Below, piece by piece: positions 17,047 to 26,964 of a DNA stretch of 47,854 nucleotides (its first letter is position 1; each line of letters opens with the position of its first letter). Both the position numbers and the translations under genes were made by a program. The notes below the pieces were generated by a model that was not told where the DNA came from, did no database searches, and was given only the letters and a program-made list of their open reading frames with translations. Source of the DNA: an uncultured Rhizobium sp. (lineage in GTDB: Bacteria > Pseudomonadota > Alphaproteobacteria > SHVZ01); the NCBI GenBank assembly GCA_964504845.1, contig CAZDGR010000001.1:1-47854 (forward strand), read 5' to 3'.

Positions 17047-17852
17047 CCGAGATGATCGAATTGCCGATGGGTACGTCCGATCGGCCGCGCATCATTGCCG
17101 TCGCGAATCAGAAGGGCGGGGTAGGCAAGACGACTACCACCATCAACCTCGCGACCGCCCTTGCGGCATGCGACAAAAAGGTCCTGATCGTTGACCTCGA
17201 CCCGCAAGGGAATGCCTCGACCGGGCTCGGTATTGCCCGCACCGCCCGCGAGCGGGATACCTATGCGGTGCTGTGCGAGGGCCTGCCGGTCATGAAGGCG
17301 GTCCAGCCCACCGTCATCCCCCGGCTCTCGATCGTCCCGGCCTCGGTCGATCTCTCTGGCGCCGAGATCGAGCTGGTCGAGCAGGGTCGGCGCGAATTCA
17401 AGCTCGCGGACGTGCTGCACGACGCCCATGGCGTGGACTACATCCTGATCGACTGCCCGCCGTCCCTCGGCCTGCTGACGCTGAACGCCCTGGTCGCGGC
17501 CGATGCGGTGCTGGTTCCGCTCCAGTGCGAGTTCTACGCGCTGGAGGGGCTGAGCCACCTGATGAAGACGATCGAGCGGATCAAGCGGGCGCTCAATCCG
17601 CGCCTCGAGATCCAAGGTGTGGTGCTGACCATGTACGACAAACGCAACAACCTGTCGGACATGGTCGCCGCCGATGTCCGCGGCCATCTCGGCGAGAAGG
17701 TCTACGAGACCGTGATCCCGCGCAACGTCCGGGTCTCCGAAGCGCCGTCGCACGGCAAGCCCGTGCTGGTCTACGACATGAAGTGCCCGGGCTCCCAGGC
17801 CTATCTGCACCTGGCCGGCGAGGTCATGAAGCGCGAGCGGATCGCGGCGTGA
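17043..17852 (+). CDS. parA: Chromosome partitioning ATPase ParA
   Basis: Deviant Walker A IIAVANQKGGVGKTTTT. ATGA overlap with the rsmG stop. The upstream 28 codons of the track ORF are rejected. Confidence 0.95.
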   Translation: MTEMIELPMGTSDRPRIIAVANQKGGVGKTTTTINLATALAACDKKVLIVDLDPQGNASTGLGIARTARERDTYAVLCEGLPVMKAVQPTVIPRLSIVPASVDLSGAEIELVEQGRREFKLADVLHDAHGVDYILIDCPPSLGLLTLNALVAADAVLVPLQCEFYALEGLSHLMKTIERIKRALNPRLEIQGVVLTMYDKRNNLSDMVAADVRGHLGEKVYETVIPRNVRVSEAPSHGKPVLVYDMKCPGSQAYLHLAGEVMKRERIAA

Positions 17853-18748
17853 TGGTCGAGGAGCAGGAAGGCCACGGCAAGCGGCGAGGCCTCGGCCGGG
17901 GACTGGGCCAGCTCTTCGGCGAAGAGGCCCAGGACTATGCCGAGCTCGACAAGGCCCGGTCGGCCAAGAGCGTCCCGATCGACCAGATCTACCCGGGGCG
18001 TTTCCAGCCCAGGAAGCACTTCGACGAGGAAGCGCTCGCAGCATTGGTCGATTCCATCAAGGCGCAGGGCATACTCCAGCCGATCCTGGTACGACGGCAT
18101 CCGGAATCGTCGAACGCATACGAAATTATCGCCGGCGAGCGCCGCTGGAGGGCTGCCCAGCTCGCCCAGCTGCACGAGGTGCCGATCGTCATCAAGGACC
18201 TACCGGACCGCGACGCGCTCGAGGTCGCCCTCGTCGAGAACATCCAGCGCCAGGATCTGAACGCCGTCGAAGAGGCGGAGGGCTACCGTCGCCTGATCGA
18301 CGAATTCGGGCATACGCAGGAGGATCTGGCGAAGGTCGTCGGCAAGAGCCGGAGCCATGTCGCCAACCTGATGCGGCTCCTGACCCTGCCCGAAGGGGTC
18401 CGAAAGCTGGTCGAGGCGGGCCAGCTCAGCGCCGGTCATGCCCGCGCCCTGGTCGGCAGGGACGACTCGGAGGCGCTCGCCAGGAAGATCGTCGACAAGG
18501 GTCTTACCGTGCGGCAGGTGGAACGACTCGTCACTACCGAGAAGAGCGGCGGTCCTACCGCTGCTGAGCCGGAGAAAACGGATCCCAATACCGCAGCCCT
18601 GCAACACGATCTCGAAACCCTGCTCGGCATGCGGGTCAAGGTCACTTTCGACGGGTCGAAGGGGGCCCTCACCGTCTACTACAACAGCCTCGATCAGCTG
18701 GACGGTCTGCTGTCCCGGATCACTCATGGGAATAGCCCAGGAAGCTGA
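17852..18748 (+). CDS. parB: Chromosome partitioning protein ParB
   Basis: ParB box IIAGERRWRAAQLA, HTH region and C-terminal dimerisation segment. The ATG overlaps the parA TGA (GTGATGG). Confidence 0.95.
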   Translation: MVEEQEGHGKRRGLGRGLGQLFGEEAQDYAELDKARSAKSVPIDQIYPGRFQPRKHFDEEALAALVDSIKAQGILQPILVRRHPESSNAYEIIAGERRWRAAQLAQLHEVPIVIKDLPDRDALEVALVENIQRQDLNAVEEAEGYRRLIDEFGHTQEDLAKVVGKSRSHVANLMRLLTLPEGVRKLVEAGQLSAGHARALVGRDDSEALARKIVDKGLTVRQVERLVTTEKSGGPTAAEPEKTDPNTAALQHDLETLLGMRVKVTFDGSKGALTVYYNSLDQLDGLLSRITHGNSPGS

Positions 18749-18826
18749 TGGTAGCTGCAAAATTAACCGGATAGTACTTTGATTTAATTGACTATCGAGT
18801 TGATATAACGATGGTCCGAGAGAGAA

Positions 18827-18859
18827 CCCAATAAAATCAAGGCAAAAGCCGGCTTTGCC
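18827..18859 (-). terminator. Candidate intrinsic terminator of the leuS-lptE-holA operon
   Basis: On the minus strand, GGCAAAG-CCGGC-UUUUGCC forms a 7-bp stem (including one G-U pair) with a 5-nt loop. It is followed by UUGAUUUUAUUGGG and lies ~80 nt after the holA stop. Confidence 0.45.
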
Positions 18860-18939
18860 TCTCGATCGGCCTCCCGAAGCCGCCTTGCCTGGGGATAAAA
18901 TTGGCGCCACAGACCTCGCCAAACGGGGTCAACGCGCTT

Positions 18940-19962
18940 CTACGGCCGTCTGGCGAGGCCGCTTATCGCCTGAAGGGCCTGGCCGAGGATCGCCTGAGCC
19001 GGCGACCCGGTCGTCCGGCATCGCAAATCTGCCTCCGTCAGGAGCGCGATCGCGCGGGCGACCTGTCCGGGGCTCCAGCGGCGGGCCTGCCGCTCCATGC
19101 TCGCCGCCGCCTCGAAGTAGACCGGCGGCCGGAGCGAGCGAATCACCGAAGCCGGCTGGCCGCCGGCGGCGACGGCCGAGACGACCATCTGGAGCCGCTG
19201 CACGTGCTTCTGCGCCGCGATCAGGACGGCCACGGGGGCCACACCCTCGCCTTGCAGCCGCCCGAGCGCACGCGACATCCGCACCAGGTCACCCTCGAAG
19301 GCCCCGGCGATCGCATCGTCGAAGCCGACCGCGGCCGAATCACCGATCGCGGCCATCGCGTCGGCTTTCGTCACCGTCTTCTGGCCGGCGCAATAGAGAG
19401 CGAGCTTCTCGGCCTCGGCGCGCGTGACCGCACGATCCCCGCCGAGGTGCTCCGAGAGAAACGCGAGCGCATCGGGCTGGATGTCGAGCCCGTGCCTCGC
19501 CAGCGTCTCGTCGACGACGCGCTCGATCGCCGCCTCGCGATCGGGATAGCACGCGATCGCCGCCGCACCGTCATCGTCGCCGAAGAGCTCGACGAGCTTC
19601 GAGCGGCTCGCGAGCTCCGGCCCCTCGACGATCACCAGCGCATCCCACCCGCGTTGCTCGAGCAGCGCGCGCGCCGCGTCCGCGACGCCGTCGCCGGCAT
19701 CCTTGATCCAGACGATCTTGCGTCCGCCGGTGAACGCGATCGCAGCCGCTTCGTCGGCGAGGCGCGCCGGATCCTCGCGGACGGTCTTCGCGTTGAGCTC
19801 GACGACGCGGAACGGATCGGAGAGATCGGCGACGACGGTCTTGGCGAGCTGCGTCGCGCGCTCGCGCATCAGCCCATGATCGGCACCGTAGAAGAGAACC
19901 GCGCGGATCGCGGCGTCGGGTCGCTTGAGAAAGCCGTCGACCGAGCGGTCGGCGACCTTCAC
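18940..19962 (-). CDS. holA: DNA polymerase III delta subunit
   Basis: 340 aa. N-terminal pattern RAVLFYGADHGLMRERA. Position after leuS-lptE, as in the conserved proteobacterial arrangement. 4-nt overlap with the lptE stop. Confidence 0.8.
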   Translation of the reverse strand: MKVADRSVDGFLKRPDAAIRAVLFYGADHGLMRERATQLAKTVVADLSDPFRVVELNAKTVREDPARLADEAAAIAFTGGRKIVWIKDAGDGVADAARALLEQRGWDALVIVEGPELASRSKLVELFGDDDGAAAIACYPDREAAIERVVDETLARHGLDIQPDALAFLSEHLGGDRAVTRAEAEKLALYCAGQKTVTKADAMAAIGDSAAVGFDDAIAGAFEGDLVRMSRALGRLQGEGVAPVAVLIAAQKHVQRLQMVVSAVAAGGQPASVIRSLRPPVYFEAAASMERQARRWSPGQVARAIALLTEADLRCRTTGSPAQAILGQALQAISGLARRP

Positions 19963-20492
19963 GCGGGCAGCCTCATGAAGTAGAGGCCGAGCTGCTGGCG
20001 GATGTCCTCGCCGACCTCCTGCAGGCCGCGCGTCCGCGCCGCCTGCTCCGACGTCAGATTGGCGAAGTGCGACGTCACCATCGTGAAGCCGTTCGACCAG
20101 CGGCTCTGGCCGGTGTGCACCACGCGGCCGCTCTCGATCTCGCGCAGGGTGAAGCTGGCGTTGATCGTGAGCCGGCCGTAGGTCGTGGTGTCGTCGCGGG
20201 CGACGCCGAGGCGGTCGAGACGCTCGCCGAGGCTCACCTGCAGCTCGTAGCGCGGCTTCGCCGGCTGGCCGAGCGGCGTCATCCGGTCGAGCAGGTTGTT
20301 GCGCAGCTCCTGTCCGGCGCGGTCGGCGATCAGCGCGATCCGCGTCTCGGCCATGCCCTGCACGGCCGCGTTCGGTGTCCCGCGCGGCGCACCGTACATC
20401 GGCTCGAAGCCGCAGGCGGAGAGAAGGACGGCGGCGGCGAGCAGTGCCGCGCGCGCAGTCACTCTCTTGCGCCTGCGTTCAGAGCACCACAT
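19959..20492 (-). CDS. lptE: LPS-assembly lipoprotein LptE
   Basis: Lipoprotein signal with lipobox LLSAC. Size and position immediately after leuS fit LptE. ATG 20492 overlaps the leuS 3' end by 14 nt; the alternative GTG 20462 does not. Confidence 0.7.
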   Translation of the reverse strand: MWCSERRRKRVTARAALLAAAVLLSACGFEPMYGAPRGTPNAAVQGMAETRIALIADRAGQELRNNLLDRMTPLGQPAKPRYELQVSLGERLDRLGVARDDTTTYGRLTINASFTLREIESGRVVHTGQSRWSNGFTMVTSHFANLTSEQAARTRGLQEVGEDIRQQLGLYFMRLPA

Positions 20493-23049
20493 TGACGATC
20501 CGGTTGGGGACGACGATCACCTTCTTCGGCGTCTGGCCGGCGATGAACCGGGCGACGTCGCTCTGCGCCAGCGCCGCGATCTCCGCGTCCTTCCTGTCGG
20601 CGTCGCGCTTGAGCTCGATCGTGCCGCGCAGCTTGCCGTTGATCTGCACCGCGATGGTGACGGTGTCGTCGACGATCAGGCGCGGATCGGCCGCGGGCCA
20701 GGCCTGGTCGACCAGCATGCTCGAATGTCCGAGCGCCTCCCACAGCGTCTCCGCCAGGTGCGGCATCATCGGGCCGATCAGCGTGACCAAGGTCTCCCAC
20801 CCGAAACGCCGGGCCCAGGCGACGTCGGCGCCGTCGCCGGCGAGATCCTCGAGCGCGTTCGAGAGCTCGCGGATACGGGCGACCGCCCGGTTGAAGTGGA
20901 ACTTCTCCAGGTCGTCGGTGACGAAGTGGATCGTCTTGTGGACCTTGCGCTCGACCTCGGTCGCCGCGGCGCCCAGGTCGCCTGGCCGCCGCGCGCCCTT
21001 CGGTGCCACCGGGCGCTCGGGCTCGACCACCGAGCGATAGAGGCGTTGCGCATAGCGCCACGCCCCGTCGATGCCGGCGTCGGTCCATTCGAGGTCGCGC
21101 TCGGGCGGCGAGTCGGACAGCACGAACAGCCGTGCGGTGTCGGCGCCGTAAGTCTCGATGATGTGCTCGGGGTCGACGACGTTCTTCTTCGACTTCGACA
21201 TCTTCTCCGAGCGGCCGGCGGTCACGGCGCTGCCGTCGTCGAGCTTGACCCAGCGATCGCCCTCCTTGCGCACCTGATCGGGCTGGATCCACTTCCCGTC
21301 CTTGTCGCGGAAGGTCTGGTGGCAGACCATGCCCTGGGTCATCAGCCCGGCGAAGGGCTCGTCGACGCCGATATAGCCGCAGCGCTTCAGCGCGCGCATG
21401 AAGAAGCGCGAGTAGAGCAGGTGCAGCACCGCGTGCTCGACGCCGCCGATGTACTGGTCGACCGGCATCCAGTAGTCGACGGATCTCCGTGCGAAAGCTT
21501 CCTGCGCGTTCTGCGCGTCGCAGAAGCGCGCGAAGTACCACGAGCTCTCGAAGAAGGTGTCGAAGGTGTCGGTCTCGCGGCGTGCCGGCTTCGCGCAGGC
21601 CGGGCACGCGACGTTCTTCCACGTCGGGTGATGATCCAGCGGGTTGCCCGGCTTGTCGAAGCTGACGTCCTCCGGCAGCTCGACCGGCAGGTCGGCCACC
21701 GGCACCGGCACGATGCCGCAGTCGTCGCAATGGACGACCGGGATCGGGCAGCCCCAATAGCGCTGGCGCGACACGCCCCAGTCGCGGAGCCGATAGGTGA
21801 TCGAGCGCGTGCCCGTGCCGTCGGCGACCAGCTTGTCGATCGCGGCGGTCTTGGCTTCCGCCGTCGGCTTCCCGTCCAGGAAGCGGCTGTTGAACGCGAC
21901 GCCGTCGTCGGTGAAGGCGTCGAGACCGATCTCGATCGAGGCCTCGTCCTTCGGGCGGACCACCGCCGTCACCGGCAGCTTGTACTTGCGCGCGAAGTCC
22001 AGGTCGCGCTGGTCGTGCGCCGGGCAGCCGAAGATGGCGCCGGTGCCGTACTCCATCAGCACGAAGTTCGCGACATAGACCGGCAGCTTCCATCCGGAAT
22101 CGAATGGATGCACGGCTTCCAGCCCGGTGCGATAGCCCTGCTTCTCTGCCTGTTCCAGCGTCGCTTCGCTGGTGCCCATGCGGTTGCATTCCTTGATGAA
22201 GGCGTCCAGCGCCGGGTCGCTCTTCCCCATCTCCTGCGCCAGCGGATGATTGGCGGCGATCGCGATGAACGAGGCGCCGAACAAAGTGTCCGGCCGCGTC
22301 GTGAACACCTCGACCTCCCCCTGCTTTTCCGAAGGGCGGCCGGCGAGCGCGAACTTCACGCGTGCGCCTTCGGAGCGCCCGATCCAGTTCTCCTGCATCA
22401 GGCGGACCTTGTCCGGCCAGCGGTCCAGCGTCTTCAGCGCCGACAGGAGATCGTCGGAGAACTCGGTGATCTTCAGGTTCCACTGCGAGAGCAGCCGCTT
22501 CTCGACCAGCGCGCCGGATCGCCAGCCGCGGCCGTCCTCGACCTGCTCGTTCGCCAGCACGGTGTTCTCGACAGGGTCCCAGTTGACCCAGCTCTCCTTC
22601 CTGTAGGCGAGGCCCGCCTTCAGGAAGTCGAGGAACATCCTCTGCTCGTGCTTGTAGTAGTCGGGATTGCAGGTCGTGACTTCGCGGCTCCAGTCGAACG
22701 AGAAGCCGATCGACTTCAGCTGCGCCTTCATCGTCTGGATGTTGGCGAGCGTCCATTTCTTCGGATGCGCCTTCGCCTCGATCGCGGCGTTCTCCGCCGG
22801 CAGGCCGAAGGCGTCCCAGCCCATCGGATGCAGCACGTTGAAGCCGCGCGCGCGCTTGTAGCGCGCGACGACGTCGCCCAGCGTGTAGTTCCGCACGTGC
22901 CCCATGTGGAGACGGCCCGAGGGATACGGGAACATCTCCAGAACGTAGTATTTGGGTCGCGCCGGATCCGCGACCGCGCGGAACGTCTCGCGGTCGTCCC
23001 ACTGCTTCTGCCAGCGGGTCTCGGATTCCTTGAAGTTATACCTAGCCAT
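20479..23049 (-). CDS. leuS: Leucine--tRNA ligase
   Basis: 856 aa. Class I motifs HMGH ([11 protein letters not shown]) and KMSKS. Typical CP1 editing-domain length. Confidence 0.97.
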   Translation of the reverse strand: MARYNFKESETRWQKQWDDRETFRAVADPARPKYYVLEMFPYPSGRLHMGHVRNYTLGDVVARYKRARGFNVLHPMGWDAFGLPAENAAIEAKAHPKKWTLANIQTMKAQLKSIGFSFDWSREVTTCNPDYYKHEQRMFLDFLKAGLAYRKESWVNWDPVENTVLANEQVEDGRGWRSGALVEKRLLSQWNLKITEFSDDLLSALKTLDRWPDKVRLMQENWIGRSEGARVKFALAGRPSEKQGEVEVFTTRPDTLFGASFIAIAANHPLAQEMGKSDPALDAFIKECNRMGTSEATLEQAEKQGYRTGLEAVHPFDSGWKLPVYVANFVLMEYGTGAIFGCPAHDQRDLDFARKYKLPVTAVVRPKDEASIEIGLDAFTDDGVAFNSRFLDGKPTAEAKTAAIDKLVADGTGTRSITYRLRDWGVSRQRYWGCPIPVVHCDDCGIVPVPVADLPVELPEDVSFDKPGNPLDHHPTWKNVACPACAKPARRETDTFDTFFESSWYFARFCDAQNAQEAFARRSVDYWMPVDQYIGGVEHAVLHLLYSRFFMRALKRCGYIGVDEPFAGLMTQGMVCHQTFRDKDGKWIQPDQVRKEGDRWVKLDDGSAVTAGRSEKMSKSKKNVVDPEHIIETYGADTARLFVLSDSPPERDLEWTDAGIDGAWRYAQRLYRSVVEPERPVAPKGARRPGDLGAAATEVERKVHKTIHFVTDDLEKFHFNRAVARIRELSNALEDLAGDGADVAWARRFGWETLVTLIGPMMPHLAETLWEALGHSSMLVDQAWPAADPRLIVDDTVTIAVQINGKLRGTIELKRDADRKDAEIAALAQSDVARFIAGQTPKKVIVVPNRIVNVVL

Positions 23050-23131
23050 GCCGCCTCCGAAGGGCGGCCATAATGGTCGCGGAAGCCGGCCGCCCGCAAG
23101 GGCATGAGGGCGCGGCCCAGGGTCGCTGGCC

Positions 23132-23338
23132 TCAGTGGTCCTTCGGATCCTCCGCCTCGCGGCCGATGCCGATCTCGTAGAGGTGCTCGACCGACTGCGC
23201 CAGCTGCTCGTACGAGGCCGCGAGCTGGCGATAGCTCACCTTCACGGCTTCGTTGGTGCAGCCGCTGGCGGCGCGGCGGAAGCCGGCGGCCATCGCCCGA
23301 TACTGCTCGGCGCGTTCCAGGGCGTTGCTCGTGCCCAT
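23132..23338 (-). CDS. Small helical hypothetical protein (68 aa)
   Basis: [27 protein letters not shown]...[21 protein letters not shown] 23338 preferred over TTG 23377. GC3-rich like host genes. No family recognised. Confidence 0.4.
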   Translation of the reverse strand: MGTSNALERAEQYRAMAAGFRRAASGCTNEAVKVSYRQLAASYEQLAQSVEHLYEIGIGREAEDPKDH

Positions 23339-23472
23339 TGACCTGGGAAACAACCGGCCCTTGCGAACGAGCCGCAACTAGGCGGCGAACGCGGTACTCC
23401 GGTGGGACAAAAACCGATATGTCACAAGTGCATAGCCGGCGATCTCGCGAGGTTCCGACGCCCTGCCGGCGA

Positions 23473-23994
23473 TCAGGAGCTCTGTGCGACCCGCAGCTGG
23501 CGCGCCCGGGTCAGGATCGCGTTCTCGAGCTCGGTCGTGGTCGCCTTGTCGACCGGCGCCTCGGCCCATTGTCCGTCGGCAAGACGCTGGCGGAAGACTG
23601 CCGCCCGGATGCCGTCGGCCCGGAGCTGCCGGTCGAGGATGTAGACGTTGACCTTGAAGCGTTCGCCCGGGTTCTCGGGCGGGGAATACCAGTCGGTGAT
23701 GATCACCCCGCCGAACGGGTCGGCCGAGGCCAGCGGCATGAAGGCGATGGTGTCGAGGGACGCCCGCCACAGGAAGCTGTTGACCGCGATGCCGCTGCCG
23801 CTGCCCTGGTCGTCGGCCGGGATGCCGCCCAGATTCAGGCCACGCTCGCCAAGCAGGGACTCCCGTTTCGCTCCTGGCCGATCGCTGGCGTCGTGCCGGC
23901 CGCCCCGCGAGGCCGAATCGACAAGGTCCTTGCTGCAGGCCCCGAGGGCCAGGACGACGACCGCGCCGAGCACTCCGAGCAGGCGCGAACTCAT
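23473..23994 (-). CDS. Conserved alphaproteobacterial lipoprotein (DUF3576-like)
   Basis: Signal peptide with lipobox LALGAC. Block NSFLWRASLDTIAFMPLASADPFGGVIITDWY, which I associate with the DUF3576 family often found near leuS. Confidence 0.7.
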   Translation of the reverse strand: MSSRLLGVLGAVVVLALGACSKDLVDSASRGGRHDASDRPGAKRESLLGERGLNLGGIPADDQGSGSGIAVNSFLWRASLDTIAFMPLASADPFGGVIITDWYSPPENPGERFKVNVYILDRQLRADGIRAAVFRQRLADGQWAEAPVDKATTTELENAILTRARQLRVAQSS

Positions 23995-24118
23995 GGCAAA
24001 CTCCTTGAAAATCAGACGGTGTATTAAGAAGTCTAATTGGCTCCCGTCAAGGCCCTAGCCCCTGTGTCTCATGCGCCACAGCGTCCCGGTGTCGTTGGGC
24101 CCAATCCCGGGAAAGTCC

Positions 24119-24146
24119 TTGACCGGCCACGATCCGGCCATAAAGT
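24119..24146 (+). promoter_or_regulatory. Candidate sigma70-type promoter of the porin gene
   Basis: TTGACC (24119-24124) - 16 nt - TAAAGT (24141-24146). This would give a ~110-nt 5' UTR. Confidence 0.25.
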
Positions 24147-24265
24147 GGGCGCGCCGGGCATGGGGTGCACCCCCTGTCACGGGAAACCGCGGAATGCGGG
24201 GCGCGGATTGGGCGAAGCCGATCCGAAAAGCCAGCGGACCGCACGTAGACTGGAGGGACATCGTA

Positions 24266-25348
24266 ATGAAGAAGCTGCTTCTCGGCACGTCGGCAATCGT
24301 CGCCGTCGGGCTTTGCGCCAGCGAGGCCTCCGCTCAGGGTTACGCGACCCTTGGCGGTTTTTTCCGGAACTATGGCTCGGTCTTCGATCACGGCTCGACG
24401 ACGACCAACGCCCGTGACGTGCAGATCACGTCGAACTCCGAGTTCTTCGTCCGCGGCGAGACGAAGCTCAGCAACGGCATGATCTACGGCTTCCGCATCG
24501 AGATGGAAGCCTGGACCCAGAACGGCTCGACCAGCGCCCAGTCGATCGACTCGGTCGACGAGATCTGGGGCTACGTGAAGGGTTCGTTCGGCGAAATCCG
24601 CTTCGGTGAAGAGGACGACGCCCGCAAGCTCAAGGCGTATTCGTCCTACATCGGCGGCGGCGCGCTGTTCTTCGGCGTCGACTCGCCGGACGGCGTCTAT
24701 GCGCTCGGCACCTCGACCACCTACTTCAACGTCGAGAACGACGCGCAGAAGCTCCTGTACTTCTCGCCGAGCTTCGCCGGCTTCTCGTTCGCGGTGTCGT
24801 ATGCCCCGGACGCGGCGCACGGCTCGCGCACCTTCGGCATCCAGGGTACGGCCGACTGCGACGGGACCCAGAGCCGCGGCTGCAACGGCGAGGCGTGGTC
24901 GATCGCTGCCGACTATCGCGGCAAGTTCGGCGACACCACCATCGGCCTCGATGCCGGCTACACCGGCTCGAACAACGAGACGGCAGGCCGTCAGAACGTG
25001 TCGGCGTGGCGCGCTGACGCCTTCCTGCAGGTGGCGGGCTGGGAAGCCAGCATCCAGTACGGCAAGGCGAACAACATCAACGGCAACAGCCTTGACGCCT
25101 CGGCGATCGGCGGCGCGGTCATGTACACCATGGGTCCGTGGTCGGTCGGCGGCTTCTTCCAGCAGGGCCGGGCGGACGTCGCCACCGGCGGCCGGAACAA
25201 GCTGAACCACTTCCTCGTCGGTGCTGGCTACGCCCTTGGCGGCGGCGTCAGCCTCGGCGCGGCTCTCAGCCACCAGAAGCGTGATAACGCGACCGGCGTC
25301 GATCCGTCGGGCACGACCTTCACGTTCGGTATCGGCGCGAACTTCTAA
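24266..25348 (+). CDS. Outer-membrane porin
   Basis: Signal peptide MKKLLLGTSAIVAVGLCASEASA. Alternating beta-strand pattern. C-terminal FGIGANF (terminal Phe). SD GGAGGGA upstream of ATG 24266. Track ORF part 24071-24265 rejected. Confidence 0.8.
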   Translation: MKKLLLGTSAIVAVGLCASEASAQGYATLGGFFRNYGSVFDHGSTTTNARDVQITSNSEFFVRGETKLSNGMIYGFRIEMEAWTQNGSTSAQSIDSVDEIWGYVKGSFGEIRFGEEDDARKLKAYSSYIGGGALFFGVDSPDGVYALGTSTTYFNVENDAQKLLYFSPSFAGFSFAVSYAPDAAHGSRTFGIQGTADCDGTQSRGCNGEAWSIAADYRGKFGDTTIGLDAGYTGSNNETAGRQNVSAWRADAFLQVAGWEASIQYGKANNINGNSLDASAIGGAVMYTMGPWSVGGFFQQGRADVATGGRNKLNHFLVGAGYALGGGVSLGAALSHQKRDNATGVDPSGTTFTFGIGANF

Positions 25349-25368
25349 GCTTCGCGTCTCGTCGATCA

Positions 25369-25403
25369 GGGGGAGTGGCCTTGGCCACTCCCCCTTTTCT
25401 TTT
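25369..25403 (+). terminator. Rho-independent terminator after the porin gene
   Basis: GGGGGAGTGGCC / GGCCACTCCCCC forms a perfect 12-bp arm hairpin (25369-25394), followed by TTTTCTTTT. Confidence 0.85.
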
Positions 25404-25430
25404 CCGGCCGCTTTCGTTCGGACCAGCACT

Positions 25431-26270
25431 ATGGGCGGTATTCTCTGGCTCGCCTCGTATCCGAAATCCGGGAACACGTGGCTGCGCGCGTTCCTGCACA
25501 ACTTCATGCGGAACCCTGATCAGCCCTACGACATCAACAGGCTGATGGAGTTCACGGCGGGCGAGAGCCAGACGATCCTCTATCGCAAGTTCGATCCGCG
25601 CCCCTGGACCGAGTACTCGTTCGACGATGTCGCCCGCATGCGTCCCCAGGTGCACCGCGAGCTGACCAAGTCGTTTCCCGACACCGTCTTCGCCAAGACC
25701 CACAACGCACTGCTCGAGGACCGCGGGTATCCGACTGTCAACATGGAGGTGACGGTCGGCGCGATCTACGTCGTGCGCAACCCGCTCGACGTCGCGATCT
25801 CCTATTCCCATCACCTGTCGATCTCGATCGACGAGGCGATCGGCGTGATGGCGCAGAAAGGGGCGTGCACGATTCCGTCCGAGAAGCACGTCTACGAATT
25901 CATGAGCTCGTGGTCGCAGCATGTCGAAAGCTGGACCGGCAAGCCCAGCCCCAGGCTCCTGGTGCTGCGCTACGAGGACATGCTGGAAAGCCCGTTCAAG
26001 AGCTTCGGCGCCGTCGCCAAGTTCCTCGGCATCAACGCGCCGCGCGACCGCCTCGACAAGGCGATCAAGCAGTCGTCGTTCAAGGTCCTGAAGAACCAGG
26101 AAACGGCGAAGGGCTTCATCGAGCGCCCGGCCAAGGCCGAAGCCTTCTTCCGCAAGGGCGAAGCCGGCCAGTGGCGCCACGATCTCACCCCCGAGCAGGT
26201 GCAGCGCATCGTTTCGGACCATCGCGAACAGATGGAACGCTTCGGCTACGTGCCGGCGGAGTATAAGTAA
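25431..26270 (+). CDS. Cytosolic-type (PAPS-dependent) sulfotransferase
   Basis: 5'-PSB loop YPKSGNTW and 3'-PB-like VVRNPLDVAISYSHH. ATG 25431 lies directly after the porin terminator. Upstream track-ORF codons rejected. Confidence 0.85.
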   Translation: MGGILWLASYPKSGNTWLRAFLHNFMRNPDQPYDINRLMEFTAGESQTILYRKFDPRPWTEYSFDDVARMRPQVHRELTKSFPDTVFAKTHNALLEDRGYPTVNMEVTVGAIYVVRNPLDVAISYSHHLSISIDEAIGVMAQKGACTIPSEKHVYEFMSSWSQHVESWTGKPSPRLLVLRYEDMLESPFKSFGAVAKFLGINAPRDRLDKAIKQSSFKVLKNQETAKGFIERPAKAEAFFRKGEAGQWRHDLTPEQVQRIVSDHREQMERFGYVPAEYK

Positions 26271-26301
26271 GGCCTCCCTCCGTCGAGTCTTCCTCGCGCA
26301 C

Positions 26302-26964
26302 ATGACCGACATCGCCGCCAATCTCGCCGACATCCGCCGCCGCATCGCCGGGGCGGCCGCCTCAATCGGCCGCGGGCCCGAGCAGGTGACGCTGGTCGCG
26401 GTCTCCAAGACCGTCGAGGTGCCCGGCCTCGAGGCGGCGCTGGCCGCGGGCCAGCGGATCTTCGGCGAGAACCGGGTCCAGGAAGCCGAGGCCAAGTGGC
26501 CCGGCCTCAAGGCCCGCCACGCCGGCCTGCAGCTCCGCCTGATCGGCCCGCTGCAGACCAACAAGGCGAAGGACGCGGTCAGGCTGTTCGACGTGATCGA
26601 GACCATCGACCGCCCGAAGCTGATCGAGGCGCTGGCGAAGGCCTCCGACCAGGTCGGGCGCCGTCCGCGCGTGCTGGTGCAGGTGAATATCGGGCGCGAG
26701 CCGCAGAAGGCCGGCGTCGATCCCGACCAGGCCGACAGCCTGATCGACGCGGCGAGGCTCGCGGGCTTCGTCGTCGACGGCGTCATGTGCATCCCGCCGG
26801 CCGAAGGCGATCCGTCGCCGCATTTCGATCGCTTAAGCGAGATCGGCCGGCGCAACGGCCTGGCGCAGCTCAGCATGGGCATGAGCGGCGATTTCGAGTT
26901 GGCGATCCGCCACGGATCGACGCATGTGCGCGTCGGCTCGGCGATCTTCGGAGCGCGGGCGTGA
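26302..26964 (+). CDS. yggS: YggS-family PLP-binding (PLP homeostasis) protein
   Basis: VTLVAVSKT (PLP Lys), FGENRVQE, and the MGMSGDFELAIRHGSTHVRVGSAIFG C-terminus. 220 aa. Confidence 0.9.
   Translation: MTDIAANLADIRRRIAGAAASIGRGPEQVTLVAVSKTVEVPGLEAALAAGQRIFGENRVQEAEAKWPGLKARHAGLQLRLIGPLQTNKAKDAVRLFDVIETIDRPKLIEALAKASDQVGRRPRVLVQVNIGREPQKAGVDPDQADSLIDAARLAGFVVDGVMCIPPAEGDPSPHFDRLSEIGRRNGLAQLSMGMSGDFELAIRHGSTHVRVGSAIFGARA

Noticed and set aside
20296-23073. 925-aa ORF on the plus strand
   Set aside because: It lies exactly antisense to leuS. Its Arg/Ala/Gly/Asp-rich composition has no motifs. Long stop-free antisense frames are expected in ~68% GC DNA, and leuS has unmistakable HMGH/KMSKS motifs.
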